From: Octopus bimaculoides
Lineage: Eukaryota
Assembly (NCBI RefSeq): GCF_001194135.2
Contig: NC_068983.1
Span: 55,032,886 to 55,077,136, forward strand
Reading direction: 5' to 3'
Length of the DNA: 44,251 bases
This document shows, piece by piece, positions 23,363-32,468 of this stretch; the stretch's first letter is position 1; every line of letters begins with the position of its first letter. Below the pieces are notes generated by a model, which was not told where the DNA came from, did not search any database, and worked only from the letters and a program-made list of their open reading frames with translations. A program made the translations under genes and the position numbers.

Positions 23363-23827
23363 ATATATATTTATAGGTTCTCTTGACATCTGCATGAAAT
23401 AGCAGCCTTATCACCTGAAAATCGTATCCTATCATCTGAAATAAAAGATATGTTAGACAATGTATCATCTTCCAGCTATGACCATCCCATCTTTCCAAAT
23501 AGATAAAACCACGTTATTTAATGTGTCCTTTGTTTCCAAGATAATAAGGTATAATTTGATGACAATTTGGCTGTTATTTCTAGCTGGCTAAGAAACCATG
23601 GAGAGGGTGTCTGGTTGGCTTTGAGAAATGAGTGTAAAATTAGAAAGAAAACACTATAATATTTTTTAAAATTGTGATGGGCAATTTTCCAGCTTAATTT
23701 AAATAATATGGATGATTGGTTCGTTAAATATTTTTGTGAAGAATTTCTTAATCGTTATTTGGAACAACTGAACTAAATTGTTCGCCTGGAACTGTGTTTA
23801 TATTTCTCATCATTAATTTATCCACGA

Positions 23828-24345
23828 CACATGGCTTAGTTGTTAGAGTATATATTTCATGATCAGGAGGTCATGGGTTCGATTCCTGGTGGTGTGTTGT
23901 GTCTTTGAGCAAGACACTTTATTTTCACACTACTCCTGTTCACTCAGCTGCCAAAAACGAGTTGTACCTGAAATTCAAAAAGGCTTGTCACATTCTGTAT
24001 CACACTGAATTTCCCTGAGAACTGCAATAAGAGTACCTGTGTCTGTGAAGTACTCGGCCACTTTCACAAGCAAGTTGTTTCTTATTTCTTTATTGCCCAC
24101 AAGGGGCTAAACATAGAGAGGACAAACAAGGACAGACAAAGGGATTATGTCGATTACATCGACCCCAGTGCGTAACTGGTACTTAATTTATCGACCCCGA
24201 AAGGATGAAAGGCAAAGTCAACCTCGGCGGATTTTGAAATCAGAACGTAACGGCAGATGAAATACCGCTAAGCATTTCTCCCAGCATGCTAACGTTTCTG
24301 CCAGCTCGCCGCCTTCACATTAATTTCACAAGCAGGTTGTTTCTG
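23828..24345 (+). mobile_element. SINE family B, interrupted by a family C SINE
   Basis: tggcttagttg A box, gggttcgattcc B box, gtctttgagcaagacactt. Confidence 0.8.
24083..24316 (-). mobile_element. SINE family C nested in a family B SINE
   Basis: Flanked by the direct repeat TTTCACAAGCA(A/G)GTTGTTTCT at 24062-82 and 24324-44. Confidence 0.88.
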
Positions 24346-25002
24346 TTAATCGTATGAACTGCAACACTCATTATCATAATCGATGAAGAACCAGGTCAAT
24401 TTATCCATTAGAGATGGAACTTAGACTGAGCTTTTCTCTCTTTCTGGTCACCTACACTTCACCTCCACTCGAGTTTGAGTTTGCTTTTAGTTATGTTACT
24501 TCTTCATTGAATATTCCTAACCTCATGTTAGACGAGTCTAGCAAATCTTGTTAGAATCAAATTTTGCAATATCATGTAGTGTGACATTGTCAGTGTCCAC
24601 TAATCATTTGAATAATGGATCCTTTTTGGTTATCTCACCCCCATTAAAAAATTGCCATTAAAACGCTGGGTTATCTCCCCCTCTGTTTTTCTTTCTTTCT
24701 CTCTTTTTCTTTCTTTCCTTTCTCTCTTCACATTCTCTCTCTTTCTCTCTCTCTTTTTCTTTTTTTCCCTCTTTTTCTCACATTGGCCTTTGTAGTTTTT
24801 TTCCACGAGGTCCTTAAAGGCGCCTCCCCTATTTGGAGTTTTAAATTGTTTAATTGTAATTATTTATATTGTTTACACATTGTAAAACCCATTGTATCGT
24901 CCTGTTTTTGTCTTTTATGTTGTTGCATGTCTTTTAACGTAATTTCATGTAAGCCCTTGTGACCAATAAACGAATTAGTTATTATTATTATTATCATCAT
25001 CG

Positions 25003-25263
25003 TGGAGGCGCAATGGCCCAGTGGTTAAGGCAACGGACTCGCGGTCATAGGATCGCGGTTTCGATTCCCAGACTGGGCGTTGTAAGTGTTTATTGAGCGA
25101 AAACACCTAAAGCTCCACTAGGCTCCGGCAGAGGATGGTGGCGAACCCTGCTGTACTCTTTCACCACAACTTTCTCTCACTCTTACTTCCTGTTTCTGTT
25201 GTGCCTGTAATTCAAAGGGTCAGCCTTGTCACACTGTGTCACGCTGAATATCCCTGAGAACTA
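25003..25263 (+). mobile_element. Young tRNA-derived SINE, possibly related to the octopus OR (tRNA-Arg-like) families
   Basis: TGGCCCAGTGG A box and GGTTTCGATTCC B box, CpG-rich; a second copy lies at 43330-43655 on the minus strand. Confidence 0.8.
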
Positions 25264-25754
25264 NNNNNNNNNNNNNNNNNNNNNNNNNNNNNNNNNNNNN
25301 NNNNNNNNNNNNNNNNNNNNNNNNNNNNNNNNNNNNNNNNNNNNNNNNNNNNNNNNNNNNNNNNNNNNNNNNNNNNNNNNNNNNNNNNNNNNNNNNNNNN
25401 NNNNNNNNNNNNNNNNNNNNNNNNNNNNNNNNNNNNNNNNNNNNNNNNNNNNNNNNNNNNNNNNNNNNNNNNNNNNNNNNNNNNNNNNNNNNNNNNNNNN
25501 NNNNNNNNNNNNNNNNNNNNNNNNNNNNNNNNNNNNNNNNNNNNNNNNNNNNNNNNNNNNNNNNNNNNNNNNNNNNNNNNNNNNNNNNNNNNNNNNNNNN
25601 NNNNNNNNNNNNNNNNNNNNNNNNNNNNNNNNNNNNNNNNNNNNNNNNNNNNNNNNNNNNNNNNNNNNNNNNNNNNNNNNNNNNNNNNNNNNNNNNNNNN
25701 NNNNNNNNNNNCCCCTCAAAAAAAAAAAAAATTTCAGATCCTGTCTATAGGAGA

Positions 25755-25957
25755 AAGGTTTGTTATTATCGTTAATAATAACGGTTTCATATTTTGACAC
25801 AAAGCCAGCCATTTCGTGGGGTGAGTAAGCTGATTACATCGACCCCGAAAGGATGAAAGGCAAGGTCGACCTCAGTGGAATTTGAACTCAGAATGTGAAA
25901 ATGGACGAAAATCCGCTGTGCCTTTTGCCCGGCGTACTAAACGATTCTGCCAGCTCA
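25755..25957 (-). mobile_element. SINE family C, internally deleted, abutting a 5S fragment
   Basis: Reverse complement of the C head and domain. Confidence 0.78.
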
Positions 25958-25963
25958 GCTTAC

Positions 25964-26022
25964 GCCTACCTTTGTTTCCCAAGTGGTCTCACCCCATTTA
26001 AGTACTAACCGGGGTTGGCGTT
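25964..26022 (-). pseudogene. 5S rRNA-derived fragment (3' half)
   Basis: Minus strand AACGCCAACCCCGGTTAGTACTTAAATGGGGTGAGACCACTTGGGAAACAAAGGTAGGC resembles metazoan 5S ...GGUUAGUACUUGGAUGGG(A/U)GACCGCCUGGGAAUAC...GUAGGC. Confidence 0.75.
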
Positions 26023-26574
26023 ATAATAACAACAACAACAACAACAACGATAGGCTGGTGCTGTGAGACCCTCTCAAGTGTTTGCTAATGACCTCCACAA
26101 ACAAGGCTGACTGGTGTCATTCAAGAACGGCAGCAACCTCGTAAATAAATTGGTCAGATTTTAGCTGACCAAGGGAGAGAACTCTGCCTTATTTAACTAT
26201 AATTTCTGAATCCAATTTCTCCTGCTTAATCAAGTTGTCAGAATACCCCTATTTCTATTATAATGCCTTTTTATATCAAGCCACATGGGCCCTACATCAT
26301 GAACCAGCGATATGGTACTTAGAAATATATATATATATATATATAAAGGGGGAAGAAGAATACGAAGAATCAAACGTTTTATGTAAAATGCTTGAAATAT
26401 TTACATTTTAAAGCAGTTTATGTTTGCGATAAAATATGTTTCTTTGTTGTTTTAGCGAAAGATCTGTTCTGAGTGAATAACTTTTAAGATCGTTAATGTT
26501 CCTACCCTGGCTATACCCGCATATCATTAAAAAAAATTTGTTTTAGGCGTTGTATATTCACGTTCCATATTATC

Positions 26575-26910
26575 AAGTCTTTCTTTCTTTTTTCTTTTCT
26601 TTTTCTCTCCCTCTGTTTTTCTTTCTTTCTCTCTTTTTCTTAATTCTTCTTTTTCTTTCTCTTCACATTCTCTCTCTCTCTCTCCCTGTTTTTCTTTCTT
26701 TCTCTCTTCACATTCTCTCTCTCTCCCCCTCTGTTTTTCTTTCTTTCTCTCTTTTTCTTTCTTTCCATTCTCTCTTCACGTTCTCTCTCTCTTTTCCCTA
26801 ATTCTTTTTTCTTTCTCTTCACATTCTCTTTCTCTCTCTCCCAGTTTTTCTTTCTTTTCTTCATATTCTCTTTCTCTCTCTCCCCCCTCTCTCTCTTCCT
26901 TAATTCTTCT
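26575..26910. repeat. Pyrimidine-rich minisatellite (CCCTCTGTTTTTCTTTC...TTCACATTCTCTC units); a related unit lies at 24678-24780
   Basis: Seen directly. Confidence 0.85.
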
Positions 26911-26914
26911 TTTC

Positions 26915-27290
26915 CTTGCTGCTCAGTGGTTCTGGGTTCAGTCCCACAGCACAGCACCTTGGGCAAGTGTCTTCTTTTATAGCTTTGGTCCTACTAAAAG
27001 CCTTGCAAGTAAATTTGGTGGATGGAAACTTAAAGAAGCCCATCATATATACACGTGTGTGTTTGTGTGTTTGTCTTGTGTTTGTCCACCTCCACTACTT
27101 GTTAGCCAGTGTTCATATGTTTACATCCCTGTAACTTATTAGTTTAGCAAAACAGAATAAATAACAGGTTTTAAAAAAGTTACTGGATTGGGGTTATTTA
27201 TTTATTTATTTATTTTTGCCTAAAATTCCTCATGGTGGTGCCCCAGCATGGCCATATTCTAATGACTGAAACAAGTAAAAGATAAAAGAA
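26915..27290 (+). mobile_element. SINE family A, diverged
   Basis: Aligns with 954-1345. Confidence 0.75.
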
Positions 27291-27501
27291 AGACAAAAGA
27301 TGGTCCCAGGTGAATATCTCTGCTCTGAGCATGCACCTGTAAGTTAGTGATAAACAACTGGGAGAGGGTACTTGCCTTGGGGCTCAGGGTAACTGAGTTT
27401 TGTGGGATTTCCACAAGTGACCTTCAGAGGTCACCTTCAGTTTTTAAAAAATTCTTTGATTTTTTTTGTTTGCATTTCCTTTGTTTTTATGAGTTTTTTT
27501 T

Positions 27502-27733
27502 TTAAGCCTTTCGCATTTAAACTGGCCAAATCCAACCCAACTATTTTACCTGTTTTTATACTCAAACTGGTAAAATTTGGCCCATCACACCTGCCTTACA
27601 ATTTCATTATAAGAATAGACCCTTACATATTGAAATCTTGAAGCTCTGAGATTATGCATGATTAATTGAAAACGATGGAAATAAATAAAAATTACATTTG
27701 AAAGAAAGAGTAATCTGAGTACAAAAGGGTTAA
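27502..27733. mobile_element. piggyBac-like MITE P2, complete empty-site copy
   Basis: TTAAGCCTTT...AAAGGGTTAA termini; single internal TTAA at 27662-65. Confidence 0.85.
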
Positions 27734-28153
27734 ATGTAACCATACACTGTATTATCCTTTGCTGTCCTTTCTCTTTTGTGGTTAATAAAGAAAGCATTAT
27801 CATTATTAAGGTAGCGAGCTGGCAGAATGGTTAGCATGCTGGGCAAACTGCTTAGCGGTATTTTGCCTGTCGCTACATTCTGAGTTCAAATTTCACTGAG
27901 GTCAACTTTACCTTTCATCCATTCGTGGTTGATAACTTAAGCACCAGTGAAATTCTGGAGTTGATGTAATCAATTGACCCCTTCCCCAAAATTTCAGGCC
28001 TTGTGCCTATATTATTATTATTATTATTATTATAATTATTAATAAGGCAGTGAGTTGGCAGAATATTTAGCATGCCAGGTAAAATGCTTAGCAGCATTTC
28101 ACCCATCACTATGTTCTGAGTTCAAATTCCACCCTTGTGGCAAAATTTGAAAC

Positions 28154-28187
<34 letters not shown>

Positions 28188-28242
28188 GTTGTTGTTGTTG
28201 TTGTTATCATCATCATCATCATCATTATTATTTTGTTTTTAG

Positions 28243-28317
28243 ATTGCTAAACTTGTTGCCCGTGAATTTTTTGAGCAAGGTGATATAGAAAGGCAGCAAT
28301 GGAATATAACACCAATA
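28243..28317 (+). CDS. PDE exon: IAKLVAREFFEQGDIERQQWNITPI
   Basis: ttttAG acceptor and GTaagt donor; 75 nt, phase 0; EFFxQGDxER motif. Confidence 0.96.
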
Positions 28318-28666
28318 GTAAGTTTGACTACTGTTTCTTCTACTACTACTACTACTACCACTACTACCACCACCACCACCACCGCCGCCACCAACACCAC
28401 TACCACTATTATTTTTAAGGTGGTGGGCTGGCAGAATTGTTAACACGCCTCCCCCCAAAATTTGAAGCCATCATCATCATCATCATCATTATTATTATTG
28501 TTTTCTGATTGATTTGCATTTTATTTCATCTTTCCACTGGGTCTCAACCAGAGACCTGAGGCATGTATATATTTGATGGTGAGAAACTACCTGATTATTA
28601 TTATTATTATTATTATTATCATCATTATTAGTCAAGACGAAGAGTGCGATTTTAGATGTTTTATTT

Positions 28667-28711
28667 TTTGAACAACATTTCGACAGAACGTCTGTCTTTC
28701 TCAAGTTCAAA
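28667..28711 (-). ncRNA. Minimal hammerhead motif, U3:A8 variant (left arm)
   Basis: UUUGAAC-UUGAGAA-A-GACAG(ACGUU)CUGUC-GAAA-UGUU/GUUCAAA; 7-bp stem I, 5-bp stem II. Confidence 0.65.
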
Positions 28712-28745
28712 CCAAAGAAATTTTGAATTTTCAATCACCTTTTGG

Positions 28746-28790
28746 TTTGAACTTGAGAAAGACAGACGTTCTGTCGAAATGTTGTTAAAA
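28746..28790 (+). ncRNA. Minimal hammerhead motif, U3:A8 variant (right arm, sense to the PDE pre-mRNA)
   Basis: Same as the left arm with one stem I mismatch (GUUAAAA). Confidence 0.6.
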
Positions 28791-28874
28791 AAATAAAACA
28801 TCTAAAATCGCACTCTTCGTCTTGACTATTTACCTTCGTGAAGAGTTACGTCAATCCTTTTTTTTAAAATATCA

Positions 28875-28923
<49 letters not shown>

Positions 28924-30577
28924 GGCAGTAAGCTGGCAGAATTGTTAGCACACCGGGTGAAATGCTTTACAGTATTTCGTCTGCTGTTACATCCTGAGTT
29001 CAAATTCTGCCGAGGTTGATTTTGCCTTTCATCCTTTCGGGGTTAGTAAATTAAGTACCAGTTGAGCACTGGGGTTCATGTAATTGACTTATTCCCTCCC
29101 ACAACATGGCTGCCCTTGTGGCAAAATTTAAAACCAATATTATTATTATTGTTAAGGCGGTGAGCTGGCAGAATTGTTAGTACGCTGAACATAATGCTTA
29201 CTGGCATTTTGACCATCTTCACATTTTGAGGTCAAATTCCGCTGGGGTCAACTTTGCCTTTCATCCTTTCAAGGTCAATAAATTAAGTACCAGTGAAACA
29301 CTGGGGTCAATGTAATCAACAGTCCCCCCACCCACTAAATTTCAGGCCTTGTGCCTTTAGTAGAAAGATCATTATTATTGTTATATTATTATTATTATTA
29401 TTATTATTATTGTGGTGAGCTAAATGCTTAGCAGCATTTCATCCATCTTTACGTTCTGAGTTGAAATTTTGCCAAGGTCAGCTTTGCCTTTCATCTTTTT
29501 GGGGGCAATAAAATGAGTACCAGTTGAGCAGAGGGGTCGATGTAATTAACTGACCCCATCTCCTGAAATTGCTGGCCTTGTGCCAGAATTTGACACCATT
29601 ATTATCATTATTATTATTATTATTATTATTATTAAAAAACCTTGGGAGAGGCATTATGCAGAGTGCAATGAAATGATTTAACAAAAAAAAAAACTAAATA
29701 CTGTTTATAAATTAATAAAGGACTGAACCAGTGCGTGTGTTTATTGCTGGCATAATGCCTCTCCCAAGGTTTAATTTTATTTCTTTCAGCACACGTATCC
29801 ACATCGAGTCTTGCACACGAAATACACATACGAAAATTATTATTATTATTATCATTATTATTATTATAGAGTCGTTGATTGGCTCTGTGCATTCTGAGTT
29901 CAAACCCTACCTAGATGATGACCCTTATGATGAGGTAATCTAAAGTGGTGAGCTGGCAGAATTGTTAGCACGCCAGGCAAAATGCTTAACAGTATTTTAT
30001 TTCGTCTGTCTTTACGTTCTGAGTTCAAATTCTGCCGAGGTCGACTTTGCCTTTCATCCTTTCAGGGTCAATAAATTAAGTACCAATGAAAAACTCCCCC
30101 AAAATTTCAAAGCCTTGAGACTTCAGTAGAAAGGATTATGATGAGGTAACCTCTTTCAGGTGGGATAATTAGGTACCACTAAAAAAAGGCACAGAAACTC
30201 AGAAGGTCATAATCTAAGGTCACAAACTGCTCAACAAATGAAGATGATGGTACTGAGGGTAATAATGAAGCCGGTGGTTGTTGTTGTTGTTCTTCTTCTT
30301 GTTTGTTTTGTGTTGCTAGTACTTTTAAGTTTGCTCTATTTATCGTAATTAGAATACGCTGAGTATTCAGTCTATTTGGATAATTAATGATAATTCAAAT
30401 AAGACCATGATTGGCTTCTTCTCCTCCTCCTCCTCCTTCTTTGGTGCAGTTAATTATATCAGTGAATCATTAGCTTTCCACTAATTTTTGCTTCACGTGT
30501 TAAGAGAGAGATATTACAGTTCTATATTTAAAAGACGAGGGATTATTTATATTTGACAGATATTTGTCCTCACCTTG

Positions 30578-30827
30578 GGCATATGGTGTAGTGGTTAAGA
30601 GTGCGGGCTACTAACCCCAACATTCCGAGATCGATTCCAAGCAGTGACCTGAATAATAATAATAATAATAATCATAATAATAACATCGAAAATTACCTTA
30701 GTAATGAGAATCCAGGTTCAAAATTTCCTCAAGGCACCTGATGAAGGCTGGAGGGTATATCAGCTGAAATGTTGTGTTAATAACAAACAAGATGAGGATA
30801 AATATTTGTCAAATGTAAATAATGTAA
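30578..30827 (+). mobile_element. tRNA-derived SINE with internal (AAT)n and a hammerhead-bearing tail
   Basis: A box TGGTGTAGTGG at 30584-94, B-box-like GAGATCGATTCC at 30627-38, (AAT)n at 30652-30682; an inverted piece of the same tail lies at 30514-30577. Confidence 0.8.
30733..30778 (+). ncRNA. Minimal type I hammerhead motif (PLE type) in the tail of a tRNA-headed SINE
   Basis: GGCAC-CUGAUGA-A-GGCUG(GAGGGUAUAU)CAGCU-GAAA-UGUU/GUGUU; stem I GGCAC:GUGUU, 5-bp stem II, near-palindromic AUGU stem III; predicted cut after 30773. Confidence 0.7.
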
Positions 30828-30872
30828 GGAAGAGAGAAATATATTTCATGTTTTGTTTTGTTTTTTTTTCAG

Positions 30873-30956
30873 GGCATGATGGATCGAGATAAGCAAGATG
30901 AACTTCCTTCTATGCAAGTGAGCTTTATTGATGCCGTGTGTCTCCCAGTATATCGT
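30873..30956 (+). CDS. PDE exon: [28 protein letters not shown]
   Basis: Pyrimidine tract with ttcAG acceptor and GTaagt donor; 84 nt; contains the invariant substrate-binding Gln and clamp Phe (MQVSF; PDE5 has MQVGF). Confidence 0.96.
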
Positions 30957-31059
30957 GTAAGTTTCTGTCTCTCTGTTTCACTCTAACCTTTCATTATCTC
31001 ACACAAGACCTCCTCCTCCTCCAGTGTCCTCCCTCCTCTCTCAAAATTCCTAGTCTTGC

Positions 31060-31362
31060 AAGTTACTTGGTGACCCTGCGCATGCTGGTGCCACATAAAA
31101 CGCATTCAGTCCACACTGTAAAGTGGTTGGCATTTGGAAGGGCAGCCAATTGTAAAAACCATGCCAAAACTGACCTCACCTGTGCTGGTGCCACATAAAA
31201 AGCACTCAGTCCAATCTGCAGAGTGGTTGGTGTTAGGAGAGGCATCCAGCCATACAAACCCTGCCAAAACAGACACAGCAGCCTGGAGTAGTCTTCTGCC
31301 TGGCTGGCTCCTGTCAAACTGTCCATCTTATGCCTGCATGGAAGATGGATGTTGATGATGAT
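31060..31362 (+). mobile_element. RTE 3' UTR copy
   Basis: gctggtgccacataaaa units, aggcatccagc, (GAT)n tail. Confidence 0.75.
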
Positions 31363-31412
31363 GTATCATTAATAGATTGGCTGGAATGAGTTTTAGCTGT
31401 AGTGAAATAGCT

Positions 31413-31957
31413 TTAACCCTTTCGTTACCGTATTCATTTTGAGAAGCTCTGAGTTGCTTTCAATTAATTTTAAATATAAGGAATTTAGTAAAATAACTTA
31501 GTTATCATTAAGCTAGTGTTAGGAACATAAATTGTAATTAAGGTTTGGTGGAAGATTTTAATTCAGAACTTTTGAAAGCAAGATGTTTGTACTACAGAGC
31601 CAGAACTGGTTTCAGCTGGGTTGGTATCGAAAGGGTTAAAAATATCATGGTGACTTTAACCTTTTTGTTACTGTATTTCTTTTGAGATGCTCTGTGCTTC
31701 TTTCAATTAATTTTAAATATAACAAAGAATTTAGTAAAATAACTTCGTTCTCATTCAGCTAGTGTTAGGAACATAAATTGTGACTAAGGTTTGGTGGAAG
31801 ACTTTCATTCAGAACTTATGGAAACAAGACATTTGTATTACAGAGCAAAAGGCAGTTTCAGGCAGACCGGTATTGAAAAGGTTAAAAATATCATGGTGAC
31901 TTTAATCCTTTCATTATTGTATTTATTTTGAGATGCTCTGTGTTTCTTTCAATTAAT
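31413..31957. mobile_element. Tandem P3 MITEs (31413-31639, 31656-31885, partial 31902-31957)
   Basis: TTAA-flanked TIRs; identical 16-nt spacer AAATATCATGGTGACT occurs twice. Confidence 0.88.
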
Positions 31958-31989
31958 CTTATGTCTGTGTTCTATGCTAGCATAGGTTG

Positions 31990-32178
31990 GATGAAGTAGT
32001 TGTATGCTGTCAACTTAATGTGACAGTCCCCTGAAGGGAATAATACTACTGTTGGTTAGACCTAGGAAGCTGCACTGCCTCCTGTCGGCCTTGACACATT
32101 TCCTGTGTCTAACCAACAGTAGTAGTATTCCTGTCAGGGGACTGTCACATTAAGTTGACAGCATACAACTACTTCATC
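31990..32178. repeat. 72-bp inverted repeat (3 mismatches) inside an insertion with a 12-bp direct repeat
   Basis: Arms 31990-32061 and 32107-32178; ATAGGTTGGATG at 31982-93 and 32232-43. Confidence 0.92.
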
Positions 32179-32468
32179 GTATCACTACTGCATAAATCTC
32201 TCTGAGAGATTTAGAAATGTATTATTTCTAAATAGGTTGGATGGTTTGATAAGATCCTATACAACATAATGCAACTCGAGGACTACATTGTGCTGTAATG
32301 TCTACTTTAGCAGGGTTTCTATGGCTGGATGCCCTTCCTAATGCCAACTACATTGTCTACAGGGTATTTATTACATGCTACCTGATCTTACTATTTGTAA
32401 ACTATGTCCCCTGTGCTAAATGTATTTATTTATTCATTTTTATTCATATTTTTTTCTTTGTTTTGCAG

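Larger units (their letters stand above)
28631..28826. repeat. 86-bp near-perfect inverted repeat (1 mismatch, 24-nt loop) with a hammerhead-like motif in each arm
   Basis: Arms 28631-28716 and 28741-28826, flanked by TA on both sides. Confidence 0.95.
27807..30140 (+). mobile_element. Head-to-tail cluster of at least 7 family C SINE copies separated by (ATT)n
   Basis: Heads near 27807, 28043, 28417, 28921, 29153, 29412 and 29941, all on the + strand. Confidence 0.88.

Noticed and set aside
27807-30140. Repeat-spacer periodicity resembling CRISPR
   Set aside because: Eukaryotic context; the units are diverged SINEs of about 200 nt separated by microsatellites; no cas genes.
30578-30650. Functional tRNA gene (this head and the other SINE heads)
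   Set aside because: The acceptor stem does not close and the sequence continues into SINE body; these are tRNA-derived heads.
32186-32230. Palindrome followed by GAAATGTA, as in a hammerhead stem II
   Set aside because: The upstream sequence (CTGCA) does not fit the core, and stem I does not pair.
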